A stretch of DNA of 64,000 nucleotides from Cenarchaeum sp. (GTDB lineage Archaea; Thermoproteota; Nitrososphaeria; Nitrososphaerales; Nitrosopumilaceae): the NCBI GenBank assembly GCA_965242695.1, contig CBDESU010000002.1:96001-160000 (forward strand), read 5' to 3'. How positions within the stretch are numbered: position 1 is the stretch's first letter; each line of letters begins with the position of its first letter. A program made the position numbers and the translations under genes. The notes beneath the pieces are model-generated. The model was given only the letters and a program-made list of their open reading frames with translations, had not been told where the DNA came from and made no database searches. Positions 1 to 7,799 of the stretch are shown in pieces.

Positions 1-40
1 GGGCCGCCGCGATACCCGCTATGCGCAGGCGGTTGTCCAT
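1..40 (-). CDS. 5' end of a gene running off the window (MDNRLRIAGIAAA..., signal-peptide-like)
   Basis: ATG at 40 on the minus strand, AT-rich TATA-like element at ~62-69; only 13 codons visible. Confidence 0.3.
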   Translation of the reverse strand, partial: MDNRLRIAGIAAA

Positions 41-559
41 GCCGCGCGCTAGTGCCGGGCGGTATTATCTGCTTGCCGGGCGGCGGGGAGAGCCCCAATT
101 GGCGCGCCGGCTGCGGCGGCCCGGCCGAACGCTCCCGTCCGCATGCCATGCGGCGCCGGCAGCCGCGCCGCTCGGCGCCGCCTGCAGCGCCAGCACCCGG
201 GCGCAGGCCGGCGCATCCCTGGCGGCCGCTGCCCGGCCTGGCCGCGCCGCGCCGCACGGGCCCCGGCAGGGACGGACGGACCCTCGCGGCATCCCGACCG
301 GACGGCGGCGATGCAGCTCGCGCCGATGCAAGCCCTACTCCCGTCCACGGCCACGCGATGCAGGACGGCACCCTGCCCCGCCGCGCCCTTCGCTGGCTGT
401 CGCTTTTTGTCAATCAAGGCTAGGAAAACGACATGTTGTTTTTAGCCCAATTTCTCCATACGCTCTGCGCCAATCAGGCCATTCGTGCCATATTGACGGC
501 CAGGTGCCCCCGCAATCATATCGCTTTTTGGAATTAAAGCGGCAAACAGCACCATAGTG

Positions 560-566
560 TTTTATA
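560..566 (+). promoter_or_regulatory. Archaeal TATA box for the AbiEi/AbiEii-like pair
   Basis: TTTTATA ~23 nt upstream of GTG at 589 (leaderless spacing). Confidence 0.55.
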
Positions 567-588
567 GCATGTACGCGCACGGCGGCCC

Positions 589-1185
589 GTGAAGACAGAG
601 TGCAGGACGCGCCTCAAGGACAGGATCGCCAGGGTGCTACTCAACTCGCCGAGGGGCGACATCACAAAGTACCGCGTGGCCAAGGAGGCCGGTGCCGGAT
701 ACCCGTGGACGCACAAGCTGCTGCGAAGGCTAGAGGACGCCGGACTTGTCGAGGGCACAAGGGTCGTCGACATGAAGGGGCTCGTCTCGTGGTGGCGGCG
801 GTGGAGGCTGCCCTTTGAGCACCGCGACTACATGGTGAAAAAGCCGCTGAGCCTCCTGGCCGCCTCTGGCATGCAGCACGCGGCGACCACGTACCTGGCC
901 GAGAGGATGGTCCAGGAATACCTGTTCACGTCGCGCGTGGACGTGTACGTGCGGCAAGAGGACACTGCAAGGTGGCACGAGCTCATAGTCGAGGACGGCC
1001 TGGTGGGCGGGGGCAACTTTCGGCTGCTCTTTGGCGACGACCACGTCTTTTACAGGTCGCTCAGCGTAGAGGGCGTAAGCGTCGTGTCCCTCCCCCAGAT
1101 TGTCGCAGACCTGTACGACGTGGGAGGGGCATGCGTCGAGGCGGCGGACATGCTGGTCGAGAAGGTGAGGGACAGTGCTGTATGA
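589..1185 (+). CDS. AbiEi-like type IV antitoxin / HTH transcriptional regulator
   Basis: N-terminal wHTH (KYRVAKEAG..WTHKLLRRLEDAGLV); C-terminal VVSLPQIVADLYDVGG motif resembling AbiEi C-domains; overlaps the downstream NTase gene. Confidence 0.65.
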   Translation: MKTECRTRLKDRIARVLLNSPRGDITKYRVAKEAGAGYPWTHKLLRRLEDAGLVEGTRVVDMKGLVSWWRRWRLPFEHRDYMVKKPLSLLAASGMQHAATTYLAERMVQEYLFTSRVDVYVRQEDTARWHELIVEDGLVGGGNFRLLFGDDHVFYRSLSVEGVSVVSLPQIVADLYDVGGACVEAADMLVEKVRDSAV

Positions 1186-2815
1186 AGAGTATGAGACAAA
1201 AATCTCGCAAAGTAACCTGTCAAGGGTTGTCGCAGAGCTCCCTGCACCCGTATGCTTGCTTGGTGGCTGGGCCGTCTACTATACGGTCAACTCGAGGTAC
1301 CACGCGGACACTGGAACGTCGTACCACGGATCAAAGGACATAGACCTAGGATTCCACATCGAGCCCGACGCAACGGTCGAGTCGCTGCGCAAATCGGCGC
1401 TGGCCAAAGCGATCGATGCACTCAAGGGCATGGAGTTTCGCAGCGTGGGAATACGGCTGTTTAAAGAATACCACCGGGAGACCCATGTCGTTCTTGCGGA
1501 GGCAAAGGCGAAAAAAACTCCCACTTACAACATATTCCATTTATACGTTGATCTTCTGGTCGATAATGCTCCGGGTTGCATCAAAAAGGCGATCGGTTTG
1601 ACACCCATCGACGAAAAGCTGCTTACCAATGTGTTCGATGGGAGAATGTTCAGGGCGATCGACGAGCTGCACGCCCGCGTAATTCTGCCGGACCCTGCGC
1701 TCCTCCTGGCCATGAAGGCCACATCGTTGCCATCTAGGACCAAGGACCACAAGAAACACAAGGATATCATGGATATATATGCCCTGATTTGGTACTCGGG
1801 CGTCCCGATAAAGACCCTCCGCCAGAGCGTGGCAGGGCTCATCTCCGGCGACGGCATGGCTAGGATGCTCTCGTCGATCAGCGGTCCTGACTACAAGCAG
1901 GCCGCGGATGCCCTAGGAGTAGACAGGGAGGGGCTTGAAAACGTTATAAAGAACTTTGTGCGCGGCGGTGCTACCGTGAAGCAAAATAAGGAAAGGTGGA
2001 CAATCCCGCGTAACATGTCTTACGATAGACTTATAATGACGGTCAAGGCACTCCATAGGGCCAGGGCAGATCAAAAGGCTGTAGGACTTGAAAAAATATC
2101 TAAGACGATCGGAGTGAGTGCGGATAGCGCGAGGCGAGGTTTGGCATTCCTAAGAAGCACCGGCATTGTAGAGTTGACAGGACAAAAACAGTACTCACTA
2201 ACTGCCGTCGGCGTATCATATGCCGAAGCACATTCAAACGATGATGATGGTCAAATCTCTGAATGTACTCGGGACATCATCAAGCGATCACATCTTAAGA
2301 TGCTAGAAGATGCCATCGAAATCAACAAAAACATGACCCGAGAAGACCTTTACAAAAGAATCAAGACGTTCGGAAGGCTTCCTAATGGGAAGGATATAGG
2401 CAATATGCATGGCCCCGACGCCACAGGGGCAACGACCATCCTGCGCCTCTTTGAGGATGCAGGCCTGCTCAGGGAGGATACGCGCGCACCCGCCGCCAAG
2501 GGCGCCGAGGGCGGTCACCACGCGGCGGTCGGCACGTCCAAGCCGCGCGGCGGCAAGCGCCCTGCCAGAGCGGGTCGGGGCGTGCCCGGCGGTGGTGGTG
2601 GTGGGCAAGCGCATGTTGACAGGTCGGCTACAGCCGGCGGTGGCGAGATCGACGACCTGGCCGTTCTCACTGTAAGGGGCGTAGGCCTAGTGCAGGTCAA
2701 CGATCTGGAAACGCTGAGGATGGCTGAGGCGGGCCTAGACATGGTGCGGAAGCGGCTGCAGGGTAAGCCCCGAGACGAGGCAGGGCGCTCGGATGCGGCG
2801 CGTTCGCAGTCCTGA
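1175..2815 (+). CDS. AbiEii-like nucleotidyltransferase toxin fused to a C-terminal winged-helix (DUF5343-like) region
   Basis: LLGGWAV...GSKDIDL Pol-beta NTase motif and LAMK...KDIMDI motif; second half is wHTH-like (LAFLRSTGIVE..YSLT). Confidence 0.65.
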   Translation: MLYEEYETKISQSNLSRVVAELPAPVCLLGGWAVYYTVNSRYHADTGTSYHGSKDIDLGFHIEPDATVESLRKSALAKAIDALKGMEFRSVGIRLFKEYHRETHVVLAEAKAKKTPTYNIFHLYVDLLVDNAPGCIKKAIGLTPIDEKLLTNVFDGRMFRAIDELHARVILPDPALLLAMKATSLPSRTKDHKKHKDIMDIYALIWYSGVPIKTLRQSVAGLISGDGMARMLSSISGPDYKQAADALGVDREGLENVIKNFVRGGATVKQNKERWTIPRNMSYDRLIMTVKALHRARADQKAVGLEKISKTIGVSADSARRGLAFLRSTGIVELTGQKQYSLTAVGVSYAEAHSNDDDGQISECTRDIIKRSHLKMLEDAIEINKNMTREDLYKRIKTFGRLPNGKDIGNMHGPDATGATTILRLFEDAGLLREDTRAPAAKGAEGGHHAAVGTSKPRGGKRPARAGRGVPGGGGGGQAHVDRSATAGGGEIDDLAVLTVRGVGLVQVNDLETLRMAEAGLDMVRKRLQGKPRDEAGRSDAARSQS

Positions 2816-2964
2816 AGGGGCGGTGGCACTGGCCGCCGCACTGGGCAGCGCGCGGTGGGCAAGGCAAGGCTGAGGCCGGGGGAGACGCGGGCTGGCCTGC
2901 CCGGAGGGGGCAGGCGGGGCGCAAACGAGCGCATCGAGGGCGCCGCGAGCCGCCCGGTAAGGCG

Positions 2965-2970
2965 TATATA
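2965..2970 (+). promoter_or_regulatory. TATA box of tRNA-iMet
   Basis: TATATA ~23 nt upstream of tRNA 5' end. Confidence 0.6.
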
Positions 2971-2992
2971 CGGCCGGATGGGTTGCCCGCCT

Positions 2993-3081
2993 AGCGGGGT
3001 GGGGAAGTCAGTCTCCAAGGGCTAGGTCATCCCGGCGGGCTCATAACCCGCAAATCAGTAGTTCAAATCTACTCCCCGCTA
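2993..3081 (+). tRNA. tRNA-iMet (CAT), with 14-nt D-loop insertion
   Basis: Acceptor AGCGGGG/CCCCGCT with A1:U72, D-stem GGGA/TCCC, anticodon stem GCGGG/CCCGC with CAT at 3042-3044, T-arm AGTAG-TTCAAAT-CTACT. Confidence 0.92.
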
Positions 3082-4463
3082 CTACCTTCAAGACGCAGCC
3101 AGGCGGAGCGGCCGTCGAACCGGGCCGCCCCCCTGGCGCCGCGCCTCTGCAGCGGCCTTGCCAGGTGCCTCTGCGACGACGGAGGGGGAAGGTACACGCC
3201 GGCGCGCAGCGCGCGCGGCACCTCGACCCTTGCCTTGCCGGCGCCGGCCGGGGCCGGCGCGCCGCACCTCGGGCAAGAGTACCCCTGGTCCCGCCCGCGC
3301 GACTTCATCGACCTGCCGCACGGGAGGCATCGCGGGTTGGCATCGCGCCAGGCGCGTGCGACCGAGGCGACCTCGATCACCTCGGCGTTGAGCACGCGCG
3401 GCAGGCTGCGCGAGGCCGGCCGCACGCCGCCGCCGACGCGCACCATGTCGCCGGCGGCAAGCAGGGAGGCCGTGCCGGCCAGTCCCGACCTCTTGTACGC
3501 GGCGCACCTCACCGCAACCGCGGCCGTCGTATGCACGTCAAAGTACGCGTGGCCGCCGGGGCCGCGCGATGCGGGCCCCGCCACGGTCCCCTCGACGGTT
3601 CCCGACTCGTACGGCCGGAGCGGCGCGCCGCCCATGTCTGCCAAGAGGTGCTCGCCCGTCCCCTGGTTGGTCCTGTACACGGCATGGCCGGCGTCCGCCT
3701 CGCCGCCCGTGCCGACCATGCGGCGCGCCCCGAGCAGAACGGGCAGGTCTTCGCCGCGTATCCCGTACAGGACTGGGTCGGGCCCGCGCGGGGCTATGAG
3801 CGGACGGCGGGCGCGCTCGTCGTAGCTGTTGAACGTGCGGGGGCGCGTCGCGTCCTGCATGCGCCGGACGCTGCCCGCATCGATGCGCCGCGGCCTGCCA
3901 AACATTGGCGGGCGGCGGTAGGAGAGGAGCTCTAGCGTGCTGTCGCCGCCAAACTCGTACCCCGCGGCCGCCACGGCCCCGACGATGCCCTGCCCGTTGC
4001 CGAGCGACTCTACGTCGACTCCGTGCCGCCCCGGAAACCGGCGCGCATCGCCGCGTCCGATCAGGGTGCGGAGCGCCTCGCGCGCAAACCGCGCCACGGG
4101 GCGCGGGACGGCCCCGGCGCCGGAGATGAACGCCGCGGCCGGGTTGGCCCCGCCCCGCACGTCCGAGTGCCGCTCGAGCATCCGCACGGTAGCCTCCCTG
4201 GCCGCCGCCGGATCGCCGGTGTATACGGACATGCCGACGGCGCCGTTGCCCCGCGTCTTCCACGGCACGTTTGGGTTGAGCCGCACGAGGCGCGGGTAGT
4301 CGGCGAACCGTGCCCCCGTCCGGCGCAGCTCGACGGCCAGCCTAAAGCCGATGTACGTCGTGCACATGCCGCTCACCGAGTCGGTGTCGTCCATGCCTAT
4401 CCGCAGCAGCGCCTCGCCACGGCGGGGGCCGGGCGGGCCGGCGTCGCCACCCTGTTCCGTCAT
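3069..4463 (-). CDS. tiaS: tRNA(Ile2) 2-agmatinylcytidine synthetase
   Basis: IGMDDTDS..GMCTT, RLNPNVPWKTRGNG, TNQGT, OB-fold and C-terminal Zn ribbon; start chosen at ATG 4463. Confidence 0.92.
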   Translation of the reverse strand: MTEQGGDAGPPGPRRGEALLRIGMDDTDSVSGMCTTYIGFRLAVELRRTGARFADYPRLVRLNPNVPWKTRGNGAVGMSVYTGDPAAAREATVRMLERHSDVRGGANPAAAFISGAGAVPRPVARFAREALRTLIGRGDARRFPGRHGVDVESLGNGQGIVGAVAAAGYEFGGDSTLELLSYRRPPMFGRPRRIDAGSVRRMQDATRPRTFNSYDERARRPLIAPRGPDPVLYGIRGEDLPVLLGARRMVGTGGEADAGHAVYRTNQGTGEHLLADMGGAPLRPYESGTVEGTVAGPASRGPGGHAYFDVHTTAAVAVRCAAYKRSGLAGTASLLAAGDMVRVGGGVRPASRSLPRVLNAEVIEVASVARAWRDANPRCLPCGRSMKSRGRDQGYSCPRCGAPAPAGAGKARVEVPRALRAGVYLPPPSSQRHLARPLQRRGARGAARFDGRSAWLRLEGSSGE

Positions 4464-4762
4464 CCCCGCACCGCGCATGGGACGACAAGCAGGGAGGGTT
4501 TTTTGCCTGTTGCGCGCAGTACGTGCGCTGGTTGCAAAGGTGGGCATGTTTGCTCGCATTCTACAAGCACTCCCATAGTCGTCCATATGACCCCTCTGGG
4601 TGCCATCAATGGAGTCCGCCGCGATCAGCAACACCCCTGCACGCTAGTAGTTGAACGGGGCGGGAGTCGTGGCAGGTGGGCGGTGGTCGGGAGCTGCCAT
4701 GCATTCCTGTGCAATAACCCGCTCTAGTGTGTTGGCGCGCAGAGTAGGACATGGCACGCCCT

Positions 4763-5272
4763 CTAGGCTCCCGTATCGGCGATCTGGAGGGCTTGGAGTG
4801 CGCTGGACAGGAGATCGTTCATGCCCCTGCCTTCTTTTCCGACATCTATGCGGATGAATTCCCTCCCCGTTAGGGATCCGCCCGGCATGACGCCGTCATC
4901 CGTTATAACGGGCACGATTTTGAACCCCTTATTGGGCTTGAGGTGCCTTAGCATCTGGGCGCAACCGATTTCTTCACGTACGTCGTACGAATCCCTTCCG
5001 CCCGGGGTCAGGAGAATTATGATCGCGTGTGAGTCTTCCATGTTTTTGATGATTTTCTCCCACAGATTTTCCCCAGGTTTTGCGTGACGTTCGGCCACGT
5101 ACGGCAAAAATCCGAACAGCCTGAGCGCGGTGCTGACATCAGCAACAAGATCCATGTCGTCGTTGCTGTGGCTGATAAAGATTTTCTTGCCGTTTGGCAG
5201 GGCGGGCTCTACATTTAAGTTACCCTGATCAAACCATTCTTGCTCTTCGGACCACTCAGGTGGGTTTTTTTT
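4763..5272 (-). CDS. TIR domain (TIR_2-like); 3' part of a gene frameshifted at an A8 run
   Basis: KIFISHS..D, PGENLWEKI..MEDSHAIIILLT, SYDVREEIG with catalytic-type Glu; no convincing start of its own. Confidence 0.8.
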   Translation of the reverse strand, partial: KKNPPEWSEEQEWFDQGNLNVEPALPNGKKIFISHSNDDMDLVADVSTALRLFGFLPYVAERHAKPGENLWEKIIKNMEDSHAIIILLTPGGRDSYDVREEIGCAQMLRHLKPNKGFKIVPVITDDGVMPGGSLTGREFIRIDVGKEGRGMNDLLSSALQALQIADTGA

Positions 5273-5549
5273 GTATTGTATATAGCACGCCTGCCTCAAA
5301 CAGAGAGCCGCGGCCAGCAGTCCAGAGTCCCACTATGACACTCGTCTCCCCTATGCACTTGGATTCCCCTGGTTCGATTCGTATACTCCGCAACAGTGTT
5401 TCATTCCAATTCTCGGTAAGAAAACGGAGTTTAACGCTGTGGAGTACCGCAGAATCCTTGCCGTCGTTTGTGACAAACACCCTCATCCGTGCAGTGTCGC
5501 CGTAATGATATTTCCTGTCGGCTCTGTCGGGATCGACCCGTACGTTCAT
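5256..5549 (-). CDS. Beta-rich (Ig-like?) domain; 5' part of the frameshifted TIR gene
   Basis: ATG overlaps the E1 stop (ATGA); alternating beta-strand pattern (RVFVTNDG, IRIEPGESK); stops 2 codons after the A8 run. Confidence 0.6.
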   Translation of the reverse strand: MNVRVDPDRADRKYHYGDTARMRVFVTNDGKDSAVLHSVKLRFLTENWNETLLRSIRIEPGESKCIGETSVIVGLWTAGRGSLFEAGVLYTIQKKPT

Positions 5550-6922
5550 CCCTGCCTCATCTCCAGCGGCGTAGACATAGGCATGCACCCGCCCTTGCCC
5601 ATTCGCAGCGCGCAGACACACCCCTGCTTGGCCAAGGGTGAGAGTGTGTGCGCCGTCAGGGTCGACATGTCGGCCATCACCATGCAAGCGCTAGGCTCAG
5701 TTATCCTAAAAAGCGTGTCCTTGAACAGGAACACTGCAAGGCTGGCCGCCATCGTAGTAAGCGATACGACGGACGGTGCATCATCGTCGTCAAGGCCCGC
5801 AACGTATCCCCTCTTTGCCCTAGCGCTTCTGTCTTCAGAGCCGAGCGATTCAGCCAATATTCGATCGGCGCTGATCACGCCGGCGCAGTACAGGCACGGC
5901 AAGGACGGGCTTACCAGATTGACCCTCACAGATCCCCCTGAAATCTTGCCGTTTCTCGAGTCGAGTCCAACTCCTACGTCTATGACAGGTATGAACATCT
6001 GGTGGGCCAGTTCGTTGAGCACGCTTCGTGGGCGGTGCTTGTCTGTACAGCTAAAGACCAAGTCGCACTCTTTGAGGAGTGTCAGTCCTTCCTGCGAGAC
6101 GACATCGACGTCTGCCTCCTCCACGGCAGATTCGGGCGATATTCGCCTTATGTGTGCCCCGACTATTTCAACTTTTGGGCTGCGCTTCGTCGTTGCATCC
6201 GTACCGTACATGCGCGTTCGGTTGCTCGGGGAGAATCGGTCGTGATCTACGAGTGTAAAGTGCCGCACCCCCTCCCGGGCAAGCTGCTCCGCCACCGCCG
6301 ATCCCGTGCCTCCCACGCCCACTATGCCAATCTTGATGCCTGACAAGACCCTCTGCCCGTCAAGTCCAAACGCGCGGATCTGCCGGTCGTACAGCCCTGC
6401 GTCGACCGGAACAGGCTTGGCGGATTGGCGGCCCAGGGGCTTGAACTGGACATGCCTATCGACGATCCTAAGCTGGCCGACGGGCTCGACGCGCTCGCCT
6501 ATCGTCCACGCCCTTCCGATCATGGTGTCGTGGCCGAGTAGTAGGCTCCCCATTGGCCTATCTCCCAAACACCGCCTTAGCGTCCCATATGATTCGACTT
6601 CGCCGGCCAAGTCCAACTGTGAGTAATCTAGTCCATTGCCGTGGAATGGGTGCGTATGCGACAGGATCAGAGTGACGCCATCGCACTCCGCCATCCTGAT
6701 GGCCTTGTTGAGGTAGAGCGGCGACATTTGTAAGTTGTGGGCGGTACGCTCATCGTAATCTTCGCGAGTGGGGATTACCATGTCGCGAACCGTAAAGTGG
6801 GTGCCCTCCTTGTTCTTGAAGAACCCAGCAGTAAGGATTATCGCCGACTCTTTGCTCATATCCTCCATAAGGCGCGATTTTAGCTCGTCCATCTGAGAGG
6901 ATGTCATCCGTATGGTGTTCAT
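5546..6922 (-). CDS. JAB/MPN+ peptidase fused to ThiF/E1 adenylation enzyme (BubCD-like)
   Basis: E...SHTHP-x7-SQLD JAMM motif; YDRQ, GIVGVGGTGS, DHD..SNRTR, CTD, PCLYC and C-terminal CVC. Confidence 0.88.
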   Translation of the reverse strand: MNTIRMTSSQMDELKSRLMEDMSKESAIILTAGFFKNKEGTHFTVRDMVIPTREDYDERTAHNLQMSPLYLNKAIRMAECDGVTLILSHTHPFHGNGLDYSQLDLAGEVESYGTLRRCLGDRPMGSLLLGHDTMIGRAWTIGERVEPVGQLRIVDRHVQFKPLGRQSAKPVPVDAGLYDRQIRAFGLDGQRVLSGIKIGIVGVGGTGSAVAEQLAREGVRHFTLVDHDRFSPSNRTRMYGTDATTKRSPKVEIVGAHIRRISPESAVEEADVDVVSQEGLTLLKECDLVFSCTDKHRPRSVLNELAHQMFIPVIDVGVGLDSRNGKISGGSVRVNLVSPSLPCLYCAGVISADRILAESLGSEDRSARAKRGYVAGLDDDDAPSVVSLTTMAASLAVFLFKDTLFRITEPSACMVMADMSTLTAHTLSPLAKQGCVCALRMGKGGCMPMSTPLEMRQG

Positions 6923-6924
6923 GA

Positions 6925-7767
6925 CTATCGGTCCCTACTCAGCCTGTCGTTAACCACGTCAAGATACGTCAGAAGGTTGTCGTGTGCCGGATCCCACCCA
7001 CCGATGTGCCAGCTGAACGACTGCCACTCCCTTCCGTTCCGCGTTTCGGTTATCGCGCCGTCAGGCGGCCCGCCTTTGCGCGATATGGGAGGATCGAGCC
7101 AGAACATGTCGAGCGCAGCGTTGGGGTACGTGTCGTGCGCCATGATGAGCAGATCGGACGAGGTCCGGTCCCAGATGCCCTCGGGAATGGGATAGTCCTT
7201 GATCACGACGTATATCGCGTTGTCGACAGCCACCTCTACTTCAAAGCCCCTCGACTCCAGCTGGGCTATGTGATCCTGCAGCAGCGGAGGCACCCGTATC
7301 GCGGCCTGCGAGCCGAACGTGGCCGCGTTGACCGTACGAAAGCGCATCCCCAACACCAGCCTTATGATGTCGGCATCGGCCTTGGGCTCGTCATCGGCGC
7401 CGGCGGCCCTGCCGGGTTCGTCGACGAGTAGTATCAGCATATGGTGGATGGGAGCTCCCGCCATATCCTTGAGTTCCCTAGCCGTCATCTCCGGCTTCGA
7501 GGTCCTGTATTCTTTCCTGTTGATGGTTATTACGATGCCGCCGCCGGCCTCCGTGGCCGATCCGACCGGCTCGCCAGAGCCTCCCGGCGGCACTGTTCCC
7601 GCACCTCCGCCGATCGTCCCAGACGCCGTGGCCGGCCCAGCCCCGGGCCCCCGCCCCGCGCCATTGGCACCAAGCGACTCGCTACTCGTTAGCGTCCCAC
7701 TGTCAATCGCCTTGTCAACGGCCCGCCCCGCGCCATTGGCACCAAGCGACTCGCTACCCTGACTCAT
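6925..7767 (-). CDS. Multi-ubiquitin-like domain fused to a prokaryotic E2 family E domain (BubAB-like)
   Basis: Beta-grasp pattern IVITINRKEY..MTARELKDMAG..MRFRT ending ATFG; E2-E motifs YPIPEG, YPNAALDMFW, WQSFSWH, WDP..DNLLTYL; ATG 7767 is ~26 nt downstream of a TATA box. Confidence 0.82.
   Translation of the reverse strand: MSQGSESLGANGAGRAVDKAIDSGTLTSSESLGANGAGRGPGAGPATASGTIGGGAGTVPPGGSGEPVGSATEAGGGIVITINRKEYRTSKPEMTARELKDMAGAPIHHMLILLVDEPGRAAGADDEPKADADIIRLVLGMRFRTVNAATFGSQAAIRVPPLLQDHIAQLESRGFEVEVAVDNAIYVVIKDYPIPEGIWDRTSSDLLIMAHDTYPNAALDMFWLDPPISRKGGPPDGAITETRNGREWQSFSWHIGGWDPAHDNLLTYLDVVNDRLSRDR
7650..7757. repeat. 36-bp perfect direct repeat (7650-7685, 7722-7757) around a 36-bp unique insert
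   Basis: cccgccccgcgccattggcaccaagcgactcgctac occurs twice; encodes SESLGANGAGR twice. Confidence 0.9.
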
Positions 7768-7792
7768 ACTCGCTAGGCGGCCCCGCGTTTCC

Positions 7793-7799
7793 ATATAAA
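7793..7799 (-). promoter_or_regulatory. TATA box of the Ubl-E2/JAB-E1/TIR operon
   Basis: TTTATAT on the minus strand ~26 nt before ATG 7767. Confidence 0.6.

Noticed and set aside
21-557. Several overlapping Arg/Pro/Ala-rich ORFs
   Set aside because: GC-driven spurious ORFs with no motifs or typical codon pattern; the same applies to most long antisense ORFs in the track, e.g. 19974-23054
2993-3081. tRNA-Ile2(CAU), the TiaS substrate, suggested by adjacency to tiaS
   Set aside because: A1:U72 and three consecutive G:C pairs in the anticodon stem identify an initiator Met tRNA
589-3081. tRNA-integrated element with att sites
   Set aside because: No integrase and no duplicate of the tRNA end found within the window
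4477-4586. Possible MITE at the island edge (atgggacgac...gtcgtccat imperfect inverted repeat)
   Set aside because: Short, gapped match; no target-site duplication or second copy in the window
4763-7767. CBASS (Cap2/Cap3), Thoeris, or ThiF/MoeB sulfur-transfer operon
   Set aside because: No CD-NTase, no ThsA-type effector, and no ThiS/MoaD Gly-Gly carrier or biosynthetic neighbours; domain order is Ubl-E2 and JAB-E1
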